Positions 9,864-19,678 of a DNA stretch of 64,000 nt are shown one piece after another. How positions within the stretch are numbered: position 1 is the first letter of the stretch; the number at the start of each line of letters is the position of its first letter. Below the pieces are notes generated by a model that was not told where the DNA came from, made no database searches, and saw only the letters and a program-made list of their open reading frames with translations. A program made the translations under genes and the position numbers. The stretch lies in assembly GCA_038244765.1 (NCBI GenBank), contig JBBRTC010000005.1:915-64914 (forward strand), in the 5' to 3' direction. The stretch comes from Candidatus Nanopelagicales bacterium (GTDB lineage: Bacteria > Actinomycetota > Actinomycetes > S36-B12 > JBBRLC01).

Positions 9864-11080
9864 TGCGTATGCGGAACCGACGCAACGCTGCCGACCCCGA
9901 TCCTCGACCCGAGAACTTCGCACAACCGCGACCAGCCCGAACCACGGACGAGTCTTCCCGATTCATCAAACTCGGCGGCTATCTGCACGTCGACACGCTC
10001 CCCGCCGGGTGACGTAAGGACGTGAATACCCTCGACGCGACGTTGGCCGCCGCGATCGCGTACGACGTGAACGACGACTTGCAGCGCGGCCTTCAGTTGC
10101 GCGTGCAACGCATCTCGGCCTAGCCCCGCGCTGAGGGCCAACGCTTCAAGCCGCGCTGGGACATCGGCCGCCGAATTGGCGTGCACGGTTGCGGCGCCAC
10201 CTTCGTGGCCGGTGTTCAATGCAGCCAATAGGTCGACGACTTCCGCGCCTCGGACTTCGCCCACAACAATTCGATCGGGTCTCATTCGCAAGGCTTGCCG
10301 AACAAGGTCGCGCAACTCAATCGCGCCAGCACCTTCGATATTGGGTGGTCGGGTCTCCAGTCGCATGACGTGGGGATGAATCGGACGCAACTCCGCACAA
10401 TCCTCAACCAACAGCAACCGCTCGCCGGGATCAACGAGGCCCAACAGCGTCGACAAGATCGTCGTTTTGCCCGAGCCGGTACCACCACTGACCAAGAAGG
10501 ACGTACGCGAGGCGAGCAAGGCTTCGAGGAGCAGCGCGCATCGCGGCGATACCGTCTGGAGTTCAACAAGTTCGGCAAGACTGAAACTCACCCGGCGCGG
10601 CACTCGCAGTGAGATTGCGGTCCCGGTTGGCGAGATCGGGGGCAACACCGCGTGGAGTCGCGTCCCATCGCGCATCCGCGCATCGACATAGGGCGACGCA
10701 TCGTCGAGGCGTCGACCGGCCGCAGCCGCGAGCCGTTGAGCGAGCCGTCGCACGGTTGATTCGTCGGTCAGGTTAACGTCGGCACGCTCGAGTCCCTGAC
10801 CGCGGTCGACCCACACATCATCTGGTCCGTTGACAAGGACGTCTGTGACCGTGGGCTCGCGCAGCACGGGTTCCAGTGCCCCAGCTCCGACAAGTTCGTC
10901 GCGGACGAGACGAACTACTTCGAGCAACCCGATATCACCCAGCACGATTCCCTCGTCGCGCAATGCGGCTGTTACATCAAGGGATGTGGCCTGCGAACCC
11001 GACGTCACAAGTCGAGTGCGAACACGATCCACCAACGCCGACGAGACACCGTTGCCCACGTCGTAGTGAGTTGATTTCAT
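9860..11080 (-). CDS. TadA/CpaF-family secretion ATPase (helicase/secretion-neighbourhood ATPase, Rv3659c-like)
   Basis: Walker [10 protein letters not shown], Walker [10 protein letters not shown], and the His box / VirB11-like core [12 protein letters not shown]. Confidence 0.9.
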   Translation of the reverse strand: MKSTHYDVGNGVSSALVDRVRTRLVTSGSQATSLDVTAALRDEGIVLGDIGLLEVVRLVRDELVGAGALEPVLREPTVTDVLVNGPDDVWVDRGQGLERADVNLTDESTVRRLAQRLAAAAGRRLDDASPYVDARMRDGTRLHAVLPPISPTGTAISLRVPRRVSFSLAELVELQTVSPRCALLLEALLASRTSFLVSGGTGSGKTTILSTLLGLVDPGERLLLVEDCAELRPIHPHVMRLETRPPNIEGAGAIELRDLVRQALRMRPDRIVVGEVRGAEVVDLLAALNTGHEGGAATVHANSAADVPARLEALALSAGLGRDALHAQLKAALQVVVHVVRDRGGQRRVEGIHVLTSPGGERVDVQIAAEFDESGRLVRGSGWSRLCEVLGSRIGVGSVASVPHTQ

Positions 11081-12189
11081 GCGGCCGAGGCAGAGCCTTC
11101 GACACCAGCATCACGCAGGAGTGCGAGGCATGCTCTTGCCATCGGCGTACGCCCTCGAACGTTGGGCGGATCCCCGCGTTCCAGCGCTTGCACGATGCGC
11201 CGCTCCGACACCAACTCGACTGCGAGTGGGAGTCCCACCGCATCTGCGAAGTCGCTGGCTTCAAGGCCGCCGGGGCCAGGACCGCGTACAACCAGGCGAA
11301 GCTCGCGGGCGTACGGTCGAATCGCCGCAGCCGTTTTCACCACACTCGCTGTCGCTCGTACTTCAGCAGGGGAGACCAGATACGTCATTGATGCACGAGT
11401 CAGCACGTCTCGAGTGGTCTCATCGATCCGTCGGGGCAGGTCGACAACGACGAGGTCGTAGGCACGACTCCCCGCATCTAGGACGCTTCGAATCGCTTCC
11501 CCCGAAATCTCTACTTCGTCAGTGCGATCCCACGACAAGACCGAAAGTCCGTCATAGAACACCAAGGCCTCATCCAGGGTTGTGGGAGCCAGCCGACCGC
11601 GCGCTCCGGACAACTCGGGCCATCGCACGCCAGGAGCGTCTTCGGCCCCGAGGATTAAGTCAATGCCACCTGCCAATGGATCAGCGTCCAGAAGCAAGGT
11701 GCGGATTCCACGCTGCGAGGCGCACAGCGCGAGACCGGTGGCCATCACCGATGCGCCCGCACCACCTCGTCCCCCCATGACGGCGACAACGACGGCCGGC
11801 GACCCCGTGGAGGTTGCTGAGTCACCGAATTGCTCGACGAGCCATTGCTCACCGTCGGGAAGAACGACTACGTGCTCGGCACCGAGATCGACCGCCAGTC
11901 GCCACAGCTCCACATCCGGTTCTCGGGTGCAGACGAGAACAACGCCAGGGCGGCGCGGCTGCGCATCGAGTCGCGACGCGATGTCCGCACCGATGACGAC
12001 AAGCGAACAACTGTCCCAACGATGCCCCGCCCTCGCCAGGCTCGACGCCACGTCGACCTCGACCTCCGCAGCTGCTGCAAGTCGCAACAGATCTTCGAGG
12101 AGCGCCGGATCTTCGGTCACCACCAACGGGCGGGAGGCGGTTTGCTCCCCATGTTCTCGTTGAACCACTGGAATCCCCCGCGTTCTCAT
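11077..12189 (-). CDS. ssd: Septum-site-determining / CpaE-like ATPase (Ssd, Rv3660c-like)
   Basis: Deviant Walker A VMGGRGGAGAS, then LLDADPLAGGIDL. Overlaps the tadA-like start by 4 nt. ATG at 12189 chosen (the maximal ORF runs to 12300). Confidence 0.8.
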   Translation of the reverse strand: MRTRGIPVVQREHGEQTASRPLVVTEDPALLEDLLRLAAAAEVEVDVASSLARAGHRWDSCSLVVIGADIASRLDAQPRRPGVVLVCTREPDVELWRLAVDLGAEHVVVLPDGEQWLVEQFGDSATSTGSPAVVVAVMGGRGGAGASVMATGLALCASQRGIRTLLLDADPLAGGIDLILGAEDAPGVRWPELSGARGRLAPTTLDEALVFYDGLSVLSWDRTDEVEISGEAIRSVLDAGSRAYDLVVVDLPRRIDETTRDVLTRASMTYLVSPAEVRATASVVKTAAAIRPYARELRLVVRGPGPGGLEASDFADAVGLPLAVELVSERRIVQALERGDPPNVRGRTPMARACLALLRDAGVEGSASAA

Positions 12190-12325
12190 TTTGTCTGTCG
12201 CACAAGTCAACGGCGACAGTGACGCGGGTTCTCGAAATTCGCGACGAGTCGGACACGTCCTGTGGGCGCTGCGCCATGGGGAACGCCCTGTGGACGGCAC
12301 CGATTTGATCCGAGCGAGGGCGCTA

Positions 12326-12341
12326 AACGGTCTAGACCGTT
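12326..12341. promoter_or_regulatory. Perfect 16-bp palindrome AACGGTCTAGACCGTT, candidate HutC/GntR-type operator
   Basis: Read directly from the sequence, 11 nt upstream of the ATG at 12353. The core GGTCTAGACC recurs at 19682..19691. Confidence 0.6.
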
Positions 12342-12352
12342 ACCGTGTCGGC

Positions 12353-14833
12353 ATGGCAAAGGACCTGCCCGCCAGGGCTCGAGTCGTCGTGATCGGCGGG
12401 GGCGTCGGCGGAGCGAGCGTGGCGTATCACTTGGCGCGCAGAGGCGAAACCGACGTCGTGTTGCTGGATCGCGACGAACTCACCAGTGGATCGACCTTCC
12501 ACAGCGCCGGACTCGTCGGCCAACTGCGCTCGGACCCCACCCTGACTGCCATGAACCAATACTCCGTGGACCTCTACCGCAACTTGGAGTCCACTGAATC
12601 CCCACCGGGTTGGGTGGAGACGGGCAGCATTCGACTAGCCAGTTCCAGCGCGCGGATGGAGGAAATCCACCGGCAAATTTCGTGGGCGCGAACCTCGGGG
12701 TTGCCGCTCGAACGAATCAGCGCCGACGAGGCACGCACATTGTTCCCGCCCATGGTCGCCGACGGTGTGGTGGGCGCGGCGTACATGCCGACGGACGGCC
12801 AAGTAGATCCGTCCATGTTGTGTAACTCCCTTGCCGCCGCGGCCCGGCGCGAAGGCGTACAGATTCTCACCCACACTCGGGTCGTCGGGATCGACACCGA
12901 AGGGTTCGGTCACGCGCGTCGAGTCAGTGTTGTGCGAACCGATCGCGGTGACATCGAGACAGAAGTCGTCGTGAACTGCGGGGGCATCTTTGCTGCCGAG
13001 ATCGCGCGGATGGTTGGCGTCCGCGTGCCGATCGTTCCGATGTCACACCAATACCTCGTCACCGAAGCGTGTCTTGAGCGCCGGGATTCACCACTTCCCT
13101 CACTGCGCGACCCAGATTTGCTGATCTATTTCCGCCAAGAGGTCGACGCGCTACTCATGGGTGGATACGAACGGCAATCACTGCCGTGGACGGCAACGGC
13201 ATCGTCCTTTGATGCCATCCCGGCTGACTTCAACGGCCGACTCTTGGCTGACGACTGGGACCGATTCTTGGAGATAACGGACAATTCGCGGACTCGAGTC
13301 CCCCTCATGGCCGACATCGGTATCCGCAAACTGATCAACGGTCCTGAGGCGTTCACACCCGACAACGAATTCTGCCTTGGCGAGAGCGATGTACCTGGAT
13401 TCTTCGTCGCCGCGGGCTTCTGCGCTCATGGCATCGCCGGGGCCGGCGGCATCGGGAAGGTGATGGCCGATTGGATCCTTGACGGTGATCCGGGCCTGGA
13501 TCTCTGGCACATGGACGTACGCCGATTCGGGCCGACCTACCGTTCGCCGTCCTTCACCCTGAAGCGCACCGTTGAGAATTACGAGACGTATTACGACATC
13601 CACTACCCCAACCACGAGCGAACAAGCGGTCGACCGTTGCGAGTTTCGTCGGCGTACGCCTGGCATGCGTCGCACGACGCGGTGTTCGGGGAGAAGTCGG
13701 GTTGGGAACGCGTCAACTATTACCAACGCAATGCAGCAGCTGGGGACTTAAGCCTGGCTCCCCGTGGGTGGGCCGGTCAGCACTGGTCACCTGCAATTGG
13801 CGCCGAACATCGCGCCACCCGGGAATCGGTTGGGCTATTTGATGAGTCGAGTTTCGCGAAGATCGAAGTGAGTGGGCCCGACGCTGCCTCGTTGCTTCAG
13901 TGGGTATGCGACAACGACGTGGCGCGGGCCGTGGGAGCCGTGACATACACGCAGATGCTCAACGCTCGGGGCGGGATAGAAGCTGACGTCACCGTCACCC
14001 GCGTGAGTGAGGACGTTTTTTCGCTCGTGACCGGAACAGCCTTCGGCACCCACGACGCGGGATGGTTACGCGATCAGGCGCGAGCGACGGGCGCGCAAGT
14101 GCGCATCGTCGATGTAACGGGGCAGTATTCGTGCGTTGCCTTATGGGGTCCCAATGCTCGCGAAGTCTTGAGCGGTCTCACCCCGCAAGACTTGTCCAAC
14201 AAGGCTTTTCCGTTCATGTCCATGCGCGAGACGACCATCGGTGACGTGCCGGTTCGTGCGCTACGCGTGACGTTCGTTGGTGAGTTGGGCTGGGAGTTTT
14301 ACTGCTCCGCGGAGTATGGCAATGCGTTATGGCGCACGCTGTGGGACGCCGGACAGGACCACGGGATCGTGGCGTGCGGGTACCGAGCCATTGACAGCAT
14401 GCGGGTCGAGAAGGGCTACCGCGTGTGGGGCTCCGACATCACACCAGAGACCACTCCTGACGAGGCTGGCCTCGGTTTTTGTGTACGGCTCGACAAGGCC
14501 GGCGGCTTCCTCGGTCGCGACGCTCTCATCACGGCGCGCGCAGCAGGTGTCGCGCGGTTGCTGTGTGCCGTCGTACTGGCTGACCCCCGGTCGATCGTGC
14601 TGGGGAACGAACCGATTCAAATTGACGACGTGGTCGTCGGGCGCGTCACGTCGGGTGGCTTCGGATACACCTTGGGTGTATCCATCGCGTACGCCTACTT
14701 GCCCACCGAATACTGCGACCCTGGAACAGTCGTTGGCGTCGACATATTCGGCGAGTGGATCGATGGAGTGGTCACCGCCGAGCCCCTCTTCGACCCCACC
14801 AGTTCCCGCCCCCGAACCAACACAGGATCTTGA
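12353..14833 (+). CDS. FAD-dependent oxidoreductase fused to a GcvT-type folate-binding aminomethyltransferase domain (dimethylglycine/sarcosine dehydrogenase-oxidase family)
   Basis: N-terminal VVVIGGGVGGASVAYHL dinucleotide fold. About 826 aa with a C-terminal GcvT-like region. ATG at 12353 chosen over the maximal ORF start at 12191. Confidence 0.85.
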   Translation: MAKDLPARARVVVIGGGVGGASVAYHLARRGETDVVLLDRDELTSGSTFHSAGLVGQLRSDPTLTAMNQYSVDLYRNLESTESPPGWVETGSIRLASSSARMEEIHRQISWARTSGLPLERISADEARTLFPPMVADGVVGAAYMPTDGQVDPSMLCNSLAAAARREGVQILTHTRVVGIDTEGFGHARRVSVVRTDRGDIETEVVVNCGGIFAAEIARMVGVRVPIVPMSHQYLVTEACLERRDSPLPSLRDPDLLIYFRQEVDALLMGGYERQSLPWTATASSFDAIPADFNGRLLADDWDRFLEITDNSRTRVPLMADIGIRKLINGPEAFTPDNEFCLGESDVPGFFVAAGFCAHGIAGAGGIGKVMADWILDGDPGLDLWHMDVRRFGPTYRSPSFTLKRTVENYETYYDIHYPNHERTSGRPLRVSSAYAWHASHDAVFGEKSGWERVNYYQRNAAAGDLSLAPRGWAGQHWSPAIGAEHRATRESVGLFDESSFAKIEVSGPDAASLLQWVCDNDVARAVGAVTYTQMLNARGGIEADVTVTRVSEDVFSLVTGTAFGTHDAGWLRDQARATGAQVRIVDVTGQYSCVALWGPNAREVLSGLTPQDLSNKAFPFMSMRETTIGDVPVRALRVTFVGELGWEFYCSAEYGNALWRTLWDAGQDHGIVACGYRAIDSMRVEKGYRVWGSDITPETTPDEAGLGFCVRLDKAGGFLGRDALITARAAGVARLLCAVVLADPRSIVLGNEPIQIDDVVVGRVTSGGFGYTLGVSIAYAYLPTEYCDPGTVVGVDIFGEWIDGVVTAEPLFDPTSSRPRTNTGS

Positions 14834-15118
14834 CTTAAGGGTACAAACCCGCAGTTAAACTTCAGTTTCGTACCTCAAACAATGATCTTGTCCGTACGCA
14901 GCGCCCACTCGCCCGCTCCACCGGCGAATGGGTTCCGTGCCGCTCACCTGGTTCATCGATGAAGGAGGGATCGGCGACTCGATTCCCGTTGTGGGAGATG
15001 GTTCACCGTGGCGCGTGTCGAAATGGCGATAACTTTGGCCTAACGCTGCGAAGATCAGCGGGACAGGGAGACATCCCTGCTGTTGACTTGCGCCCGGACC
15101 CTTGAGGAGGGCAGATCC

Positions 15119-16012
15119 ATGACCGAACGCCCCGTCAGCCCTGACGGTTACTGGGAATGGGACGGACAGGCTTGGGTGCCTCGTCAGGTCGCCGCGCAGG
15201 TACCAGCGGACGCCGCGATGCAGGCCCAACAGGCCGCCCAAGCTCAAGCCGCCCAGGCTCAGGCGGCGCAGCAGGCCGCAGCCCAGGCAGCACAACAACA
15301 GGCAGCCGCGGTAGCCGCGCAGCAGGCAGCTCAACAACAAGCCGCGCAGCAACAGGCAGCGCAGCAGCAGGCCGCGCAAGCCGCCCAACAGCAAGCAACC
15401 GCGCAACAACAGGCCGCCGACATGGCGGCACAACAAGCCGCGTACCAAGCCCAACAGGCCGCCTACGAAGCCCAGCAGAAAGCGGCGGCACAACAAGCCG
15501 CTGCGCAAGGCGCACAGGCAAGCCCGTATGCGCCTCCAGCAGCAGTGGCGGCAGCCGCAGAGCCGTACGCATCACCTGGTTATGCCGCCGCACCCGATCC
15601 GTACGCCCCCTATAACCCCTCCGGCAGCGACCCGTCCGTTGTGCCAGGGGGGTCGAATTCGGGAGCGAGCGCCGGAACAGGATCGGCCAGCCCGTTGAGT
15701 TTGGCTGGACTCATCATCGGCGCCTTGGGGATCGTCGCCTTTGTCGTTCTGGTGTTCCAGTACAAGTCCGCGCTGAACTCCATCACCGACGCATTCGCCA
15801 ACGGCACGACGATTACCGAACCGTTCCTGACCAAGAGCGCCGTCTACTACGGACTCACTGCTATCACTGCCCTTGGTCTGATTCTTGCCGTCCTCGGCGA
15901 GAAGGCATCGCATGCCGCAGGGCGCACCATCGTGATGGCGTCGATCGCGATCTCTGCTGTTGGGTTCGGCATGTGGGGAGCCTGGGCCATTTCCCGCGCC
16001 GTTCTCGGTTAG
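15119..16012 (+). CDS. Membrane protein with N-terminal Trp-rich motif, ~100-residue Gln/Ala tract and C-terminal TM helices
   Basis: MTERPVSPDGYWEWDGQAWVP, then an (A/Q)n tract, then a Pro/Tyr-rich linker, then 3-4 hydrophobic helices. ATG at 15119 lies within ORF 15083..16012. Confidence 0.65.
   Translation: MTERPVSPDGYWEWDGQAWVPRQVAAQVPADAAMQAQQAAQAQAAQAQAAQQAAAQAAQQQAAAVAAQQAAQQQAAQQQAAQQQAAQAAQQQATAQQQAADMAAQQAAYQAQQAAYEAQQKAAAQQAAAQGAQASPYAPPAAVAAAAEPYASPGYAAAPDPYAPYNPSGSDPSVVPGGSNSGASAGTGSASPLSLAGLIIGALGIVAFVVLVFQYKSALNSITDAFANGTTITEPFLTKSAVYYGLTAITALGLILAVLGEKASHAAGRTIVMASIAISAVGFGMWGAWAISRAVLG
15215..15520 (+). repeat. Imperfect GCN/CAR trinucleotide low-complexity tract encoding poly(Ala/Gln)
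   Basis: Codon-level repeat visible in the sequence. It creates long shadow ORFs in other frames on both strands. Confidence 0.85.
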
Positions 16013-16042
16013 CCAACCGCTCGTCAACGTCGACGACCCGCG

Positions 16043-16783
16043 CTAGACCATGCTCCGCACCATGATTCTCACTCGATCGGGCCGAAACAGATCGCGCGCG
16101 TATTCGACCGGCGTCCCCGACGCCGAACGCGCCGTGCGATCGATCAACATCAAAGCGGCCCCCGACTCAACCTTCAACAATTCGGCTTCATCGGGACCGG
16201 CAATTACTGGGTCGAGGTACTCGACAGCGACATCAGGCGCCTGCCCATAGTGCTTTGCTAGCAGGGCATACAGGCTTCCCGTGAGTCGCTGACCGAGGAG
16301 ATCCGGAAAGAGTTTGGCCGGAAAGAACGACCGCTCCAGTGCGTACGGGCTACGCCTGACGGATCGCACGCGCACTACTTCATGAACCTTCGCGCCCTTG
16401 GGGAGTTCCAGGGCGGTGCGCACGGACAGTTCGGCCGAGATGGTCTGGCCGCTCACGAGCCGCGCGGTTGCGCGGAGGTCGGCCTTGCGCATCTGATCGG
16501 TAAACCCCGCGAGCCCCGTTAGATCAACGTCAGTGCGGATCTGATTCACGACTGCACCGCCGCCACGTCCGGCCGTACGCGCAAGTAGGCCGCGCTGCTC
16601 AACACCACTGAGCGCTTGCCGAAGCGTCATTCGGCTGACGCCCAGAACCTCCGCGAACTCGCGCTCAGCCGGTAGGCGATCACCGACTTTGAGTTCTCCT
16701 CGTTGGATCCTCCCGACGAGCCACAACTCGATCTGACCGTGAGCGGGGATAGCGGTGTTTCGATTGAGGGCAAAGGGCTTCAC
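16043..16783 (-). CDS. GntR-family transcriptional regulator, HutC subfamily (wHTH + UTRA domain)
   Basis: wHTH region LPAEREFAEVLGVSRMTLRQALSGVEQRGLL. C-terminal UTRA-like effector domain of about 150 aa. Confidence 0.88.
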   Translation of the reverse strand: MKPFALNRNTAIPAHGQIELWLVGRIQRGELKVGDRLPAEREFAEVLGVSRMTLRQALSGVEQRGLLARTAGRGGGAVVNQIRTDVDLTGLAGFTDQMRKADLRATARLVSGQTISAELSVRTALELPKGAKVHEVVRVRSVRRSPYALERSFFPAKLFPDLLGQRLTGSLYALLAKHYGQAPDVAVEYLDPVIAGPDEAELLKVESGAALMLIDRTARSASGTPVEYARDLFRPDRVRIMVRSMV

Positions 16784-16843
16784 GGTTCGGTCAGCCCCCG
16801 GATTTCGCCCCCCACTACAACGACGCGGGTGCTCACGATGTGC

Positions 16844-16881
16844 GTTGAGGACCGGACACCGAGTGGCATCCGGTCCTCAAC
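16844..16881 (-). terminator. Strong hairpin between the permease stop and the gntR start
   Basis: Perfect 13-bp inverted repeat GTTGAGGACCGGA / TCCGGTCCTCAAC with a 12-nt loop. Confidence 0.6.
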
Positions 16882-16908
16882 AACATCAATCACATGGGTA
16901 CGAGGTTG

Positions 16909-18549
16909 CTAGCCCTTTGGAGGATGGTCGCCATGGGACCCGGGGTGGCCATGTTCTATCGCGATTTCATCGGCACCAGTGACACCGGCCGGGAGATCGA
17001 TCGTGTTCTTCGGGCCGGTGAACCACTTCTTTGCTGAGAGGTGCCAACCAATCCAAAGCGCCAGGAAGATTGCACCCATCACAAGTGGCGCATAGTTGAC
17101 GAACTTCCAGTCGAAGGCTTCGTTGCCAGGCCAACCCGAGGGATAGAGCGGCATGATGAAGTAGACCGATGTGATGATGATTTCGGCTACCGCAACAGGG
17201 GCCATCCACTTCCACTTGTTGCCAAGATTCCACGAGCCTTGGACGAAGGAACTGCCGGCCCGCCAGCGAAGGAAGATCGGGATCGCGAACGCAAGGTAGA
17301 GCCCCAGAACGCCAATTGAGACGATTGCGAAGAAGGCCGTGACGGTGTAGATCGGCGCCTCTTCGGTGCCGATATTCACCTTCCACAGGGCCGGCAAGGT
17401 GATCACAAACGCGCCGGCAGCAGCCAGGCCGGCAGCGTTTGCCGGTGACTTGTTCTTGCTGAGTTTCGCCCAATAGCGAGCACCTGGAATAGCACCGTCG
17501 CGACTGAATGCGTAAATCATCCGAGAGCACGACGTGAGGCAAGCGACCGTGCAGAAAAGTTGACCGACGGTCGCAATCAGAAGCACGGTGGCGGACAGCC
17601 TTGGTGAAAGTGCTTGGTCGAAGATGACCTGCACCCCACCTCCACCCGCCGTCACGCCGTCTCTGTCCTGAACTGCGAAAAGGAAAGACAAGAGAAGGAC
17701 GTATCCGAAGATCGCCGAGTAGAAGATTGAGCGCCACATCCCCTTGGCCGCCGTGTCTGCGGCGGAATGAGTTTCTTCCGAAAGGTGAGCTGAGGCGTCA
17801 TAACCGGTGATCGTGTATTGCGTCATGACGAAGCCCAAGGGCAGCACATAGAACCAAAAACCCGGGCCCGAAGTTGCGCCGCTGTTGAGGCCGCCTGTGC
17901 TGTTCACCGTTCCGGTGAATACGTCGGAGATGCTGGAGTGATTGTCGGGTACGAAGATAAGAATTCCGACGACGATCGCGGCGCCCGCGACGTGCCACCA
18001 CACGGAGATGTTGTTCAGTACTGCGAGCAAGTGGCTCTGGAAAATGTTGAGTATCAAGGCAATCGCAAGAATCACCAGGAACATCACGAACACTCGGTTA
18101 AGCGAATACCCCTCCGCCCACGAGTCGCTGTAGCGCGAGAGGCTGTAGTCGAGGAAAGTGGCGGCCGCATATGCGACAGACGCCACGATAGCGACAAGTC
18201 CGACGAGGTTCAGCCACCCCGTGTAGTAGCCAGCCTTGGCTCCACCCAGCTTTGACGCCCACCAATAGATTCCCCCTGACGTGGGGTACGCCGATACAAG
18301 TTCTGACATGCAGAAGCCGACGATCAGGATGAGAGCGGCAATGATCGGCCACCCAATCGAGATTGCGATGGCTCCGCCGTTGTTCCAGGCGATGTAGAAC
18401 GAGGTGAAACAGCCCGCCAGGATCGAGATGATCGAGAACGAAATGGCGAAGTTCGAGAATCCTGACCAACTTCGATTGAGTTCTTGCTTATAACCCAACT
18501 CGGCGAGACGGCGTTCGTCCGCGTTCAGTTTTGATAGATCGGCTGACAC
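16909..18549 (-). CDS. APC-superfamily amino acid/amine permease
   Basis: About 12 TM helices. N-terminal GYKQELNRSWSGFSNFAISFSIISILAG is typical of APC amine/amino acid permeases. Confidence 0.85.
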   Translation of the reverse strand: MSADLSKLNADERRLAELGYKQELNRSWSGFSNFAISFSIISILAGCFTSFYIAWNNGGAIAISIGWPIIAALILIVGFCMSELVSAYPTSGGIYWWASKLGGAKAGYYTGWLNLVGLVAIVASVAYAAATFLDYSLSRYSDSWAEGYSLNRVFVMFLVILAIALILNIFQSHLLAVLNNISVWWHVAGAAIVVGILIFVPDNHSSISDVFTGTVNSTGGLNSGATSGPGFWFYVLPLGFVMTQYTITGYDASAHLSEETHSAADTAAKGMWRSIFYSAIFGYVLLLSFLFAVQDRDGVTAGGGGVQVIFDQALSPRLSATVLLIATVGQLFCTVACLTSCSRMIYAFSRDGAIPGARYWAKLSKNKSPANAAGLAAAGAFVITLPALWKVNIGTEEAPIYTVTAFFAIVSIGVLGLYLAFAIPIFLRWRAGSSFVQGSWNLGNKWKWMAPVAVAEIIITSVYFIMPLYPSGWPGNEAFDWKFVNYAPLVMGAIFLALWIGWHLSAKKWFTGPKNTIDLPAGVTGADEIAIEHGHPGSHGDHPPKG

Positions 18550-18684
18550 AGTTCCTCCTCCTAAGCGCCCCTGATGCGGCGTACGAGCCCTGCGCTAGGG
18601 CCGTTCTAGCGAACTTTGTGCGTTCGTGCGGCGTATTTCGGTATCTCGACACGATGAATCTGGGAAAGTTGGACTACTGGCGGG

Positions 18685-19638
18685 TCAATCGGGCAGGGCC
18701 ACCTCCTCCAGGAGGCGAGCGAACCCGTGATCGGAGAACGTTTCGACGGCGCGCTCGTAACGTTCCATCCCCCACGACCAAAAGTCGAAATCGATGTCGC
18801 TCACGCTCGCTTGGATCGAGCCCCACAACGTCCAGCCGTACTGGCCCATCAACGCCCAGAGCCGGGCGCGCGCGATCCGGCTTACGCGGCGGCCGTCGTA
18901 GTACGTCGTGACAAGTTCGTCAAGCAAATCGTCGCTGAGTACTGATTCACTCCAGATGTTGCCCAGCTCAAAGCACGGGTCGTTGTTGCCCGAGTACTCG
19001 TAGTCGATGAGCCAGACGCGCTTGCCATCGTCGATGAAGTTGGCTGCCAACAAGTCGTTGTTGCACGGGACGGTCGGCTCCTCTCGAACCGCCATGGCCG
19101 CGCGCATGTGTTCGACTTGTGTCATGAACCGTTCGTAGCCGCGTGGGATCCGATATCCCCGCTCGTGCGCGGCATTCAGATATCGGCGTTGAATGTCAAA
19201 CATGTTGAAGTCATTGACAAAGCGTGGACCCTGATGCAGTTGGCGCACCGCGTGCGAAGCGCGCCGCAAAGTCGCCAGGTCCGCCAGGTCTTCTTCGGCG
19301 TACGTCCGACCAACGAGAAACTCAACGACAAGAACCCCTTCGCCGGGGAGATATCCCACCACCGGCGCACCCACTCCGGATTCGGCTGCGGCGAGCGAGT
19401 TGCGATATTCGTTGTCGCGATCGATGCCCAAGATCGAACTTCGGTTATCCGAGATCCGCACGACATAACGGCCGGTAGGAGTGCCAACGCAGAGATTTCG
19501 GTTCGTGAGGCCGCCCGGCAGCGCATCGACGGTCAGCGCCTCGGCTAGCACGGGGATCCGAGCGCCCAGAGCCGCGCGCAGGATCGCCGGATCGCCCAAA
19601 TCAAGGGAGGAAATGACCGGTGCCGAGCCTTCGGGCAT
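18685..19638 (-). CDS. Choline/ethanolamine-kinase-like phosphotransferase (APH fold)
   Basis: Brenner-type motif PCNNDLLAANFI and the choline-kinase motif WLIDYEYSGNNDPCFELGN. Confidence 0.8.
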   Translation of the reverse strand: MPEGSAPVISSLDLGDPAILRAALGARIPVLAEALTVDALPGGLTNRNLCVGTPTGRYVVRISDNRSSILGIDRDNEYRNSLAAAESGVGAPVVGYLPGEGVLVVEFLVGRTYAEEDLADLATLRRASHAVRQLHQGPRFVNDFNMFDIQRRYLNAAHERGYRIPRGYERFMTQVEHMRAAMAVREEPTVPCNNDLLAANFIDDGKRVWLIDYEYSGNNDPCFELGNIWSESVLSDDLLDELVTTYYDGRRVSRIARARLWALMGQYGWTLWGSIQASVSDIDFDFWSWGMERYERAVETFSDHGFARLLEEVALPD

Positions 19639-19678
19639 TAACGCCTCCTCGGCGCCGGAGCGTAGACCTGTGACGGCT

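Noticed and set aside
12191-12352. N-terminal extension of the FAD/GcvT ORF
   Set aside because: The extension would run through the divergent promoter region and the 16-bp palindrome. The dinucleotide-binding motif sits at the expected distance from the ATG at 12353.
14855-15615. Several 150-217-aa ORFs (14855..15508 minus, 15135..15593 minus, 15157..15615 plus) over the Gln/Ala repeat
   Set aside because: They are frame-shifted or antisense readings of the GCN/CAR repeat (poly-Leu/Arg/Gly/Cys junk). Only the frame starting at 15119 gives a protein with an N-terminal domain and TM helices.
16784-16843. Two C-runs (GCCCCC, GCCCCCC) reminiscent of the actinobacterial 6C RNA
   Set aside because: I could not draw the two stem-loops that should present the C-runs as loops. 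The strong hairpin nearby (16844..16881) is better explained as a terminator.
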